A stretch of 38,008 nucleotides of DNA, taken from assembly GCA_006227085.1 (NCBI GenBank), contig SBFY01000117.1:1-38008 (forward strand). Reading direction: 5' to 3'. This stretch comes from Gammaproteobacteria bacterium. Its GTDB lineage: Bacteria > Pseudomonadota > Gammaproteobacteria > Pseudomonadales > M0112. Each line of letters starts with the position of its first letter. Within the stretch, counting starts at the first letter, position 1. The translations under genes were made by a program, and so were the position numbers. The notes beneath the pieces are model-generated. The model worked only from the letters and a program-made list of their open reading frames with translations, ran no database searches and was not told the origin of the DNA. Positions 1 to 8,639 of this stretch are shown here, one piece after another.

Positions 1-1419
1 AAAGCCTATGTCACCTACGGCAAGGAAATGGTCAAGTGGACCATGGAAAACACCCGCACCCAGTTCCAGGCCCTGGATGTCTACCCGGATTACTATCCAG
101 CCGTGCCGGGCTACAAGCCAGGCAGTCGCAGTACGGAACCGATGGCGTTTGATGGCCGTTTGCTGGGTGACGAATTCGAGCATTTGCGCGACCCGCATGT
201 GCAGTTACTGATTTTTGGCCGTTTGATGCTGACCACTTATGAAGTGCGGGATGTGTTCAAGCAAGCGCCGGGTTGGGTATGGCTGATGATCAAGTCCATG
301 CTGGACTACCTCAGTGATTTCAAATATCGCCTGAAGAGCAAGCGTAGCCGCCGGTTGACCTTTGGCAATGCCTTGATGGGTTCGCTGCGCATGTCGATGA
401 TTGATCGGGATATTCCCTTGTGGCGCAATTGCCCGCTGAAAGAGCTGGTGGTGGAAGATGGCCGTGTCGTCGGTGCGGTAGTGGAGCGTGATGGGCGCAG
501 CATGCGTATCCAGGCGCGCAAAGGCGTGTTGCTGGCGGCAGGTGGCTTCGAAAGCAGTCAGGCCCTGCGTGAAAAATACCTGCCGGGCCCGACCAAGGCG
601 GAGTGGACCGCCGCTAACCCGGCCAATACCGGTGACGCGATTGAAGCCGGTATCCGTATCGGTGCCGGTACCGGTTTCATGGACGATGCCTGGTGGGGAC
701 CAACCTGCATGCCGCCCGGCGAACCGACAGCGCGCATGTTGATCATTGAAAAATCGTTGCCGGGCTGCCTGTTTGTAGCTCCGGATGGCAAGCGTTTTAC
801 CGACGAAGCCGCGGCCTATATCGAAATCGTCAAGGACATGCACAAGGAACAGGCCAAGGGTCGTGAGGTCCTGCCGGCGTGGATGATCTTCGGGCGTCAT
901 TACCGCAAGAAATACCCGATGGGGCCGGTATTGCCGGGCGCCAACATGCCGGATTTCGCGGTGCCCAAACATTTGTGGGACAGCTTTATTTACAAGGCGG
1001 ATACAGTTGAAGCGCTGGCCAGCAAGATCAAGGTCGATGCCAATGGCTTGATGGAATCCATCCGCAAGATGAATGAGTATGCGGTGACCGGGGAAGACCT
1101 GGATTACCGCAAGGGTGCCAATGAATATGACCGGTATTACGGTGATGAGGCCGTGACGCCTAATCCCTGCCTGGCAGCAGTAGAGCCGCCGTATTATGCC
1201 GTACAGATTTTCCCCGGTGATCTGGGTACGAAAGGCGGCCTGCAGGCTGATGAAAAAGCCCGCGTGCTGGATGCCCAGGGGCAGGTTATCCCTGGCTTGT
1301 ATGCCGTGGGCAACAACTCGGCGGCGGCCATGGGGCCCACCTATGCAGGTGCCGGTTCCACGATTGGCCCGTCCATGACCTTTGGCTACATTGCCGCCAA
1401 TGACATGATGGGTCAGTGA
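1..1419 (+). CDS. kstD: 3-ketosteroid-delta1-dehydrogenase family FAD flavoprotein (5' truncated by window edge)
   Basis: Frame is open from base 1 (KAYVTYGKEM...), so the true start is upstream. FAD_binding_2 motifs: LAAGGFE, NTGDAI, GDLGTKGGL, IPGLYAVGN. KstD-type Tyr motifs: YPDYY, DEAAAY, TYAGAGSTIGPSMTFG. Confidence 0.8.
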   Translation, partial: KAYVTYGKEMVKWTMENTRTQFQALDVYPDYYPAVPGYKPGSRSTEPMAFDGRLLGDEFEHLRDPHVQLLIFGRLMLTTYEVRDVFKQAPGWVWLMIKSMLDYLSDFKYRLKSKRSRRLTFGNALMGSLRMSMIDRDIPLWRNCPLKELVVEDGRVVGAVVERDGRSMRIQARKGVLLAAGGFESSQALREKYLPGPTKAEWTAANPANTGDAIEAGIRIGAGTGFMDDAWWGPTCMPPGEPTARMLIIEKSLPGCLFVAPDGKRFTDEAAAYIEIVKDMHKEQAKGREVLPAWMIFGRHYRKKYPMGPVLPGANMPDFAVPKHLWDSFIYKADTVEALASKIKVDANGLMESIRKMNEYAVTGEDLDYRKGANEYDRYYGDEAVTPNPCLAAVEPPYYAVQIFPGDLGTKGGLQADEKARVLDAQGQVIPGLYAVGNNSAAAMGPTYAGAGSTIGPSMTFGYIAANDMMGQ

Positions 1420-1435
1420 GGCTGTCCCGGCCGCT

Positions 1436-1464
1436 AAAAAAAGGCGCCCCAAGGCGCCTTTTTT
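1436..1464. terminator. Rho-independent terminator (bidirectional form)
   Basis: A7-GGCGCC-CCAA-GGCGCC-T6 just after the kstD stop. Confidence 0.85.
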
Positions 1465-1500
1465 GTGTGCGTCCAGTCTGTCGGGCGGGTTTTGTGTTGG

Positions 1501-1529
1501 TTGCGATTCATGGGCCGAATCGCTAGACT
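1501..1529 (+). promoter_or_regulatory. sigma70-type promoter with overlapping dyad
   Basis: TTGCGA-17bp-TAGACT; inverted repeat GCGATTC-N7-GAATCGC at 1503-1523. Confidence 0.5.
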
Positions 1530-1581
1530 GCCGCGCGTTCAGGGGCCATGTGTGCCTGCTCGTGACCGAAGAGGTGTCCAG

Positions 1582-1899
1582 ATGCGTATTTCCCGGGTTT
1601 TATTGCTGTCATCCTCCCTGTTGCTGGTATCGGCATGTACATGGGTTGAGCCGACAATCGGGTCCCGCAGTGTCAGTGTGGTGAAGCCCGAGCATGTGGC
1701 AACGTGTGAGCAGATTGGCCAGACCAATACCCGTACTGCTGCCAAGATCGGCTTTATCCGTCGTAACGCCGCTACCGTTGCCAAGGAATTGCAGACCTTG
1801 GCCCGTAACGATGCGGCAGCCATGGGGGGTGATACCGTGGTTGCCCAGGGCAGCTCCTATGAAGGCAGCCAGCGCTTCCTGATCTATCGTTGCCAGTAA
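1582..1899 (+). CDS. DUF4156-family lipoprotein
   Basis: GAGG RBS before ATG 1582; signal peptide with lipobox VSAC; TWV, C-x2-IG and ARNDAAAMGGDTVV..Y-x-C pattern. The 1465 start in the ORF track is over-extended. Confidence 0.75.
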   Translation: MRISRVLLLSSSLLLVSACTWVEPTIGSRSVSVVKPEHVATCEQIGQTNTRTAAKIGFIRRNAATVAKELQTLARNDAAAMGGDTVVAQGSSYEGSQRFLIYRCQ

Positions 1900-1913
1900 C
1901 CCTTCGCGTGCCT

Positions 1914-1940
1914 AAGCCCCAGCCCTCGCTGGGGTTTTTT
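1914..1940 (+). terminator. Rho-independent terminator
   Basis: GCCCCAGC-CCTC-GCTGGGG followed by T6. Confidence 0.85.
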
Positions 1941-1958
1941 ATGGCCGCTATCTTTTAA

Positions 1959-2026
1959 AGTGCGGCCTATCACACGGATTTTGTGATAGGATTCACACCG
2001 CTATTCACGGGATTGTCCCCTAGAAT
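1959..2026 (+). promoter_or_regulatory. CRP/Vfr-type binding site(s) and -10 element
   Basis: TGTGA-TAGGAT-TCACA at 1982-1997 (perfect core); weaker AGTGC-N6-TCACA at 1959-1974; TAGAAT at 2021-2026. Confidence 0.65.
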
Positions 2027-2092
2027 AAGCCGATCCAGTCAGTGACATCACATGCCCACTATCTGGTGCGCATGTTCCAAGGAATCTTGCGT

Positions 2093-4576
2093 ATGGATGC
2101 GATCAAGCCCCAGCACAAGCATATTGCCGAACTCCGGAAATCCAGCCTGGAATTTTCGGACAAGCTTTTGTCACTGTATTTGCCAGCGCTTGAAGCTATT
2201 TTGCTGGAAATGGCTGATGCCACGCGTGGCAGTGAGCAAATGCAGTTGTTGGCATTGGTGCGTGATTTCAAGGCCAAACGGGACATGCTGGCTGGCGATT
2301 TCAAACATTATATCGCTGAAGGTTTCCTGCAATTCCAGCAAAAAACCCTGGGCAATAAAACGGTCGCCGAAGAGCCGGAAGATTTATCGACAGACCTCTC
2401 CCTGATTGCCAACGATGAGCTGGAGCAGGAATTGGCAGCAGCCGGGATTGCCCGGCGTGCGACAGCACGCTATGCCGAATTGCTGCAAGCACTCAACCAA
2501 CGCATGGCGGTGGTGAATGGCGGCGAACGATTACTGGAAGATGGGAATCCCCTGGGGCCTTACCAGTTCACCCACGCATTGAAGCATGCCTTGCAACTGA
2601 TCGACCTGCAGGGCGGGTCCATGCCGTTACAAGCCTACAAATTGTTTGAAAAACGTTTTATCGGCCAGCTTGAGCCGTTTTACAAAGCCGCTAACCAGTA
2701 TTTGATTGATCACGATATCCTGCCGAACCTTCGCCCACGGCGAGGCGGTGTGATCAATAAACCCACGCCAACTGCCCCGGCTAAATCATCACCGCAGGAA
2801 GCAGCCAGTCATGCGGAAGTTGCGGCGACTGCTGTTGCACCGGTTGCCCAGTCGCCAGCCATGCCAGCAAATGCCACAGCGCGTGCGGCAGAGAGTATTC
2901 CGGCAGTGAACGCGACGGCAGAAAACGCCTTGTACCAGGCTATCCGGCAAGCCCAGCAGGGTGTGTCCGCGCCCTTGGCGGCCAGTGAAACCAGTGCTGC
3001 TGCGATGCCGCAAGCGCAAGTGCCTGTCACAACGGGCAGCGGCATGCCGCAGGGTGCGATGGGGCAGGGTCAACCAGGCGTTTCACCGGTATCGGTACAG
3101 CCGACGCCGGCATCACAGCCTGCGGCTTCTTCGCCAGTAGCAGCTGCTAATTACCAGCCCGGTTATTTCAGCAGCCCTGCCTTTGGCGGCCAGTACGGTG
3201 CAGCAGGTGAAGGTGCTGCGCCGGTAGCATTGTGTGCGCCGGGCGAAGTGGCCGGCGCATTGCAATCCGTTTCCACGGTTGGATATGCGGACACCCTCGA
3301 ACAGTCTGATGTGCCGCACGCATTAACGCCCGCGCATTTCCAGCTGGTGACCACCCAAATCAAGAACGAAATTGGTAACGATAAGCGACTGAGTGATGAT
3401 GAAGGGCGTGTGATTGATTTGGTGGGCATGATTTTTGAGTACATGCTCGGCGACAAAAACCTGCCGGATGCGGTCAAGGCTGTGCTCAGTTACTTGCATA
3501 CCCCATACCTGAAAGTAGCCTTCATTGATGGGCACATGTTTGAGCAACCCGAGCACAGTTCACGCCAGTTATTGAACTGCCTGGCCGAAGCGGGTTCACG
3601 TTGGGTCAATGCCAAGGGCGAAAGCCAATTCCGCGTGTTTTCCAAAATCAAGGAAGTGGTGCGACGCATCCTCAAGGAATTTGATGACGACCTGGGCTTG
3701 TTTGATGAATTGCTTGCCGAGGTGCAGGAGTTCAATCGCACTGTAGAACGCGGCGTTGCCTTGATGGAACGGCGTGCAAGGGAAAAAGCGCAAGGTGAGG
3801 AACGTTTGCGTGAGGGTAAGCGGAGGGCACTCACGGAATTGAAGCAGCGAATGGCAGGCCATGATTTGCCATCGTATTGCATCGTGCTGTTGTTGCATCC
3901 CTGGCTGGATTACCTGACATTCAATTTGCTCCGTCATGGCGAAAAGTCTGCAGAGTGGAACGCCGCACTGCAGATGGTGGATGACATTATCTGGAGTATT
4001 CGTCCACCGGATGATGAAGCCCAGCGTGATGTGTTGCGGCAAATGACCGAAGGCATATACAAGGCAGTCTCTGAGGGTTTGGAGACGGTTGGCTATGATC
4101 CTGTGCGCGCACAGGGTTTGCTGGAACGCTTGCGCCAAACCCATGGGTTGGCCTTGCAAAGCCAGGCAGTGGAAGTGGCCGAGCCGGCACAGCGCGAGCA
4201 GATGGAAGCAGAAGTGACCGAGCAGTTGGGCGGCGATGAGCCGGATCCTGCATTGTTGAGCCAGGCAGAGCAAGACCTGGTCGAAAAATTGCGTTTGATG
4301 GAATATGGCACCTGGTTTGAATTTGACGAACTGGATGATTATCACTTTATTCGTGCCAAGGTCAGCTGGTTTAACGCCAGCACATCGCGTTATTTGTTGG
4401 TGGACTTGAGCGGCAAACAATTGGCGATGAAGGGCGGGCTGGATATCGCCCGCCTGGTACTGGCTGGCAAGGCCCGCATGATCAGTGGTTCTGCCAAGCC
4501 GTTTTTTGAACGCGCACTGGAAAATATCCTGGCCCGGTTGCGTGACAGCATGGCCTCGGCGCATCCAGCCACATAA
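2093..4576 (+). CDS. DUF1631-family protein
   Basis: AAGGA RBS before ATG 2093 (ORF is open from 2042). Family motifs: LSLIxxDELE, NPLGP, GILP-like DILPNL, IDLVGMIFEYML, HTPYLKVA, GTWFEF, PFFERAL. Confidence 0.8.
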   Translation: MDAIKPQHKHIAELRKSSLEFSDKLLSLYLPALEAILLEMADATRGSEQMQLLALVRDFKAKRDMLAGDFKHYIAEGFLQFQQKTLGNKTVAEEPEDLSTDLSLIANDELEQELAAAGIARRATARYAELLQALNQRMAVVNGGERLLEDGNPLGPYQFTHALKHALQLIDLQGGSMPLQAYKLFEKRFIGQLEPFYKAANQYLIDHDILPNLRPRRGGVINKPTPTAPAKSSPQEAASHAEVAATAVAPVAQSPAMPANATARAAESIPAVNATAENALYQAIRQAQQGVSAPLAASETSAAAMPQAQVPVTTGSGMPQGAMGQGQPGVSPVSVQPTPASQPAASSPVAAANYQPGYFSSPAFGGQYGAAGEGAAPVALCAPGEVAGALQSVSTVGYADTLEQSDVPHALTPAHFQLVTTQIKNEIGNDKRLSDDEGRVIDLVGMIFEYMLGDKNLPDAVKAVLSYLHTPYLKVAFIDGHMFEQPEHSSRQLLNCLAEAGSRWVNAKGESQFRVFSKIKEVVRRILKEFDDDLGLFDELLAEVQEFNRTVERGVALMERRAREKAQGEERLREGKRRALTELKQRMAGHDLPSYCIVLLLHPWLDYLTFNLLRHGEKSAEWNAALQMVDDIIWSIRPPDDEAQRDVLRQMTEGIYKAVSEGLETVGYDPVRAQGLLERLRQTHGLALQSQAVEVAEPAQREQMEAEVTEQLGGDEPDPALLSQAEQDLVEKLRLMEYGTWFEFDELDDYHFIRAKVSWFNASTSRYLLVDLSGKQLAMKGGLDIARLVLAGKARMISGSAKPFFERALENILARLRDSMASAHPAT

Positions 4577-4636
4577 AATGTATCCGGGCCAATGGTCCGT
4601 CATGATGCAGCCAGCCAGATGAATGGGAGTGTGGTC

Positions 4637-5017
4637 ATGGAAGAAGAATCGTTTGAAAACCGCCGCAAGCATCCACGGTATCCGCTGGACAAGAAAATCC
4701 ATGTCATCAATCGCGCGACGAACGAGTCATTGGGCGTGATTGCCAACCTGTCTGAAGGCGGCTTGATGTTGGTGCATCGGTCACCCTTGCCGGCAGACGG
4801 GATTTACCAATTGGCGATTGAGCTTGAGCCGGGTGTGATTGCCAATAAGGACATGGTCACCATCGAGTTGGGTGTTGACTGTCTCTGGAATAGCCCGGCC
4901 GCTCAACAACAAGCCGATGCTTATTGGTCGGGCTGTGAAATCATCGATATCTCGGACCAGCATTTGGGTCTGCTTGTGCAGTTGATTGCAGCTGTGCGTC
5001 CACTGGAAACCCGCTGA
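4637..5017 (+). CDS. Stand-alone PilZ domain protein (c-di-GMP receptor candidate)
   Basis: RRKHPR (RxxxR) and NLSEGG (D/NxSxxG) motifs; GGGAG RBS before ATG 4637. Confidence 0.85.
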   Translation: MEEESFENRRKHPRYPLDKKIHVINRATNESLGVIANLSEGGLMLVHRSPLPADGIYQLAIELEPGVIANKDMVTIELGVDCLWNSPAAQQQADAYWSGCEIIDISDQHLGLLVQLIAAVRPLETR

Positions 5018-5085
5018 TCCTGTTTGCATCTGTGGCATCTGCCGTTTAGTCTTGGCATCAACCTGGACAATAAGGGTTGCTCCCC

Positions 5086-5607
5086 ATGGCTAAAAAACGT
5101 TGGTACGACTGGCTGTTTATCCTGATGTTCCTGTTTTTCGGGTTCGTGGCGTGGTACTACGAGCCGATGTTCTTCTTTGGTTGGTCGGGTTGCGACTGGG
5201 GCAATATTGCGCAGGGCCTGGAAGGTCCCTGTGGGCAGCACTGGGTCGGGCAAGCCTTTGTGGGTTATACCGAGGTAGAGCCCCTTTACCGTAATGCGCC
5301 GGTTTTCCTGCAGATCATCAATGAATTCGATGTGTTCCTGTTTGGTCCGTTCTATGCCATTTCACTGTTTGCTTTCTTCACGAACCAGCACACATCGGGT
5401 TGGTATCGTGCTGTCGGCACATTCTTTTGTGGCATGTTGCTGTATGCCATGATTTTTTACTTCACGTGGGAGTTCCGTACCTACCGGGAAACCGGTGCCA
5501 ACATTACCCAGGTCGTGATCATTAACGGGCCGTGGGCGTTGGGCAAGGTCCTGCTGTTGATGCGTTTGTACTTGCCTGCGGATGTGCGGGACAGGGCATG
5601 GTCATGA
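5086..5607 (+). CDS. EXPERA-domain (TMEM97/EBP-like, DUF2781-type) four-TM membrane protein
   Basis: Four hydrophobic segments; Y-x-x-x-EPLY-x-x-x-P, DVFLFGPFY and NGPW...LLLMR match the EXPERA pattern. Confidence 0.65.
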   Translation: MAKKRWYDWLFILMFLFFGFVAWYYEPMFFFGWSGCDWGNIAQGLEGPCGQHWVGQAFVGYTEVEPLYRNAPVFLQIINEFDVFLFGPFYAISLFAFFTNQHTSGWYRAVGTFFCGMLLYAMIFYFTWEFRTYRETGANITQVVIINGPWALGKVLLLMRLYLPADVRDRAWS

Positions 5608-5942
5608 ACATGCGCATGCAAAAGGCGGTAGGGCTGTGCCTGGTAACGATGTCGCTGGCCGTACCAGCCCATGCCGTGGAAGACTTCGGGTTTATTTGTG
5701 AACGACCGGGCGAGCCCAAGCGCCAGATCCATGTCGCGTACGAAAGCCCGGCATCCCGTTTGCCGTGTGAAGTGCGTTACTTCAAGGGCGACAAGATGCA
5801 GGTCTTGTGGACCTCGAACAACACCCCCGGCTATTGCGGCGCCAAGGCGCGCGAGTTTGCCGACAAGCAGCGCGGCTGGGGCTGGCAATGCCAGGAGGTG
5901 TTGTATCAGGATGAAGCGGATGCCGCGGGCAGCGCCCGCTGA
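5604..5942 (+). CDS. Small secreted hypothetical protein with 4 Cys in the mature part
   Basis: ATGA overlap with the upstream stop; Sec signal ending AHA; C..PCEVRY.K..LW..GYC..KA..GWQC pattern. Confidence 0.7.
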   Translation: MNMRMQKAVGLCLVTMSLAVPAHAVEDFGFICERPGEPKRQIHVAYESPASRLPCEVRYFKGDKMQVLWTSNNTPGYCGAKAREFADKQRGWGWQCQEVLYQDEADAAGSAR

Positions 5943-5943
5943 T

Positions 5944-7467
5944 TCACTGGCGGGTGGCCAGGTGCCGCCCCGCACAGCGCCCGAAAAAACTGCCGTCGCC
6001 GACCGACAACCCACTGGCCATGTACGGAGCCTGTGGCAAACCGTTGGCGGTGCGACCAGCGGCGTACAAGCCCGGGATCACATCACCTGATGCGTGCAGC
6101 ACTTGTGCATCGGTATTCGTCAGTAATCCACCAAACGTCAGGATAGGGGCAAAATCCTGGCTCGCGTCCATGCGCCATGCATGGAAGGGTGGCTTTACGA
6201 TTGGCGCAATAAAATCAGCGTGCTTGTGGAACAAGGGGTCTGCTTGCTGTGTGGCGTGGCGGTTGTAATAGGCCACGGTTTCCTGCAAGGCATGGTCCGG
6301 CATGTCCAGGGATTGCTCCAGCTCGCGAATGCTGTTTGCCTGGGCGATGTGCGGGTAAAAATGATTATCGGGATAGGCGTGGTCGGCATCCGTGATGATG
6401 TAGGCCACTCCACCCTGATGGATCACGACTTCGTGACCCACGACACCGTAGTAGTAATCTTCCGCCATGAAGCGTTGGCCGCGCCGGTTCACAAAAATAC
6501 CGCGCAAGGCGCGTTCGGGCGGGTAGGTGGGTAGCACAATCATGGCCTGGTGCATGCGGATGGCGGCAGCACCAACCCCCATGCCCATCAGGATACCCAA
6601 GCCAAGATCGCCAGGCGATGCATGCGGGGTGCTGACGGCGGCCACTTCCGGTGCATAGTGTTTCACCATGTCGTGATTGCGGATGAAGCCACCGCAGGCG
6701 AGCACTACCCCTTTGCGTGCCCGGATGTTTTCCAGTTTGCCATGACGCATCACTTGCAGGCCCAGCACGCGGCCATCATCCGCCTGTACCAGGCGTTTGC
6801 CTGTCACCGCAGTCAATACTTTGCTGCCTTCGCGTTCCGCAGTGTCATTCAGGGCTTGCATGAGGCGCCAGCCGCCATGACCGGGTACGCCGGGCACATG
6901 GCCACGGGGAGCCGGCTTGGCGATGTCGCGGAAGGGATGGTTCAATTCACAGCCGGAGTAATACAGTGAGTTGTCGGTTTCTTGCGGGAATTCTTTTTCC
7001 CGCTGGAATTGCTGCGTGTAGGGCACGCCATTTGCGACCAGCCAGTCAAAGTGCCCAACGGCACCTTCACAATATTTCTGGATGCGTTCGAGGTGCGGGT
7101 GGGGGCCGCTGGCTGCAACGATGTAGTCCAGCATGGCTTCCACGCTGTCATCAAAGCCCAGGGCTTTCTGCAGGGCAGTGCCGCCGCCCAGGTAGCAAAC
7201 GCCACCTGACATGGCGGATGAGCCACCGCGGCTTTCCTGCATCTCCAGCACGAGGGTATCGGCACCTGCGCGGCGTGCTTCGATGGCGGCAGCCATGCCG
7301 GCCACGCCGGAACCCACGATCAAGGCATCGGTACTGAGGTCCCAGTGGCTGATGTCACGCTCGCGGACACTGGCATGGGCTTGGGTGTGTTGGCCAAGCA
7401 GGCTGCTGGCGGCCAGGGCACTGCCGGCAGCCAGTAGCCGGCGACGGGTAATACCGGATGTGCTCAT
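5944..7467 (-). CDS. FAD-dependent oxidoreductase, 3-ketosteroid-delta4-(5alpha)-dehydrogenase-like, with Tat signal peptide
   Basis: Start ATG 7467; TRRRLL twin-arginine signal ending AHA; IVGSGVAG, GGSSAMSGGVCYLGGGTALQKALGFDDS, TFGGL, IPGLYAAGR, YMASGLSVGDGSFFGRCAG. Confidence 0.7.
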   Translation of the reverse strand: MSTSGITRRRLLAAGSALAASSLLGQHTQAHASVRERDISHWDLSTDALIVGSGVAGMAAAIEARRAGADTLVLEMQESRGGSSAMSGGVCYLGGGTALQKALGFDDSVEAMLDYIVAASGPHPHLERIQKYCEGAVGHFDWLVANGVPYTQQFQREKEFPQETDNSLYYSGCELNHPFRDIAKPAPRGHVPGVPGHGGWRLMQALNDTAEREGSKVLTAVTGKRLVQADDGRVLGLQVMRHGKLENIRARKGVVLACGGFIRNHDMVKHYAPEVAAVSTPHASPGDLGLGILMGMGVGAAAIRMHQAMIVLPTYPPERALRGIFVNRRGQRFMAEDYYYGVVGHEVVIHQGGVAYIITDADHAYPDNHFYPHIAQANSIRELEQSLDMPDHALQETVAYYNRHATQQADPLFHKHADFIAPIVKPPFHAWRMDASQDFAPILTFGGLLTNTDAQVLHASGDVIPGLYAAGRTANGLPQAPYMASGLSVGDGSFFGRCAGRHLATRQ

Positions 7468-7549
7468 GGGGTTCCCCGCGTTTATGCGTATTGTTCCAGG
7501 GGTGCGTATACTCGGCAGTCTAGGGAATGTCATGGCACAGGACAATCAC

Positions 7550-8629
7550 ATGAATGCATCGCCACCGGTCAGGAATCGCCAGCAATGGGTGGAGTGGGGT
7601 TTGCGCGTGGCACTGCTGCTGGTGTTGCTGGCGTGGTGTGTGCGCATTGTTGCGCCGTTCATGGGCGTCATGATCTGGGCGGTCATCATGGCCGTGGTGA
7701 TGTATCCCGGTTTTTGCTGGGTGCGTGATCGCCTGGGCGGGAGGCCGAGGCTGGCGGCGATGGTGTGGGCACTGCTGGGTTTGCTACTGGTCGCGATACC
7801 GGCCTGGTTGTTTGCGGATACGGTGATTGAGGGAACCCGTGCCGTGGCGTCACGGTTGCAGGCAGACGGACACTGGCAGGTACCGGCTCCGCCTGCAGCC
7901 ATCAGCAATGTGCCGGTGTTCGGCGGTATGTTGCAGGCGTATTGGCAATCCGCCTCGGAGAACCTGCCTGCCTTGTTGCAGCAATTACGTCCCCAATTAC
8001 AGCAGGCCGGTGCCTGGCTGGCCGGGATGGGTGCGCAGGCTGGCTTGGGGTTCCTGCAATTCCTGTTTGCGATCATGGTGGCGGCCATCCTGCTCAGCTA
8101 TGCGGATGCCGGTTCGGGTTATGCGCGGCGCGTTGCCCATCGCTTGCTGAGTGAGCAGGGTGCCCATTACCTGGACCTGGTCGTGACCACCACGCGCAGT
8201 GTGGCTAAGGGGGTGTTGGGTGTGGCCTTGATCCAGTCCTTGCTGTCGGGTGTTGGCATGCTGGTGGCGGGCATTCCGGGGGCAGGGTTACTGACCATCT
8301 TGTGCATCCTGTTATGCGTGGCGCAGTTGGGGCCTGGCTTGGTGTTGATCCCTTGCGTGATCTGGATGTTTGCAACCGATAGCCAGTTGGCAGCAGTCAG
8401 TTTCCTGCTGTGGTCGGTATTCGTGATGGTGCTGGATAATGTGCTGAAGCCCTTGTTGCTCGGGCGCGGTGTGAATGTGCCCATGCTGGTGATCTTTATC
8501 GGCGCGATCGGCGGGTTCTTGTCCAACGGGTTTATCGGGTTATTCGTTGGCGCGATTGTGCTGGTACTGGGTTACACGGTATTGCAGGCTTGGCTGGATG
8601 AGTTGCCGGAACAGCCCGATGCGTCATGA
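7550..8629 (+). CDS. AI-2E family transporter (YdiK-like)
   Basis: AGGA RBS before ATG 7550; polytopic; DNVLKPLLLGRG and GFIGLFVGAIVL motifs. Confidence 0.9.
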   Translation: MNASPPVRNRQQWVEWGLRVALLLVLLAWCVRIVAPFMGVMIWAVIMAVVMYPGFCWVRDRLGGRPRLAAMVWALLGLLLVAIPAWLFADTVIEGTRAVASRLQADGHWQVPAPPAAISNVPVFGGMLQAYWQSASENLPALLQQLRPQLQQAGAWLAGMGAQAGLGFLQFLFAIMVAAILLSYADAGSGYARRVAHRLLSEQGAHYLDLVVTTTRSVAKGVLGVALIQSLLSGVGMLVAGIPGAGLLTILCILLCVAQLGPGLVLIPCVIWMFATDSQLAAVSFLLWSVFVMVLDNVLKPLLLGRGVNVPMLVIFIGAIGGFLSNGFIGLFVGAIVLVLGYTVLQAWLDELPEQPDAS

Positions 8630-8639
8630 AGCGGGGGAA

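Noticed and set aside
205..1452. 415-aa antisense ORF, and similar long shadow ORFs (3596-4702, 20765-21634, 21671-22552, 23627-24784, 30049-30954)
   Set aside because: They lie opposite well-supported genes and have no recognisable motifs; expected from codon bias in a GC-rich genome.
5024..5061. Short repeats TTGCATCTG/TGGCATCTG/TGGCATCAA upstream of the EXPERA gene; possible sigma54 site
   Set aside because: No GC at the -12 position relative to either TGGCA, and the repeats are too short to distinguish from chance.
7211..7549. N-terminal extension of the AI-2E ORF in the track
   Set aside because: It overlaps the divergent flavoprotein gene; the RBS and family-like sequence begin at 7550.
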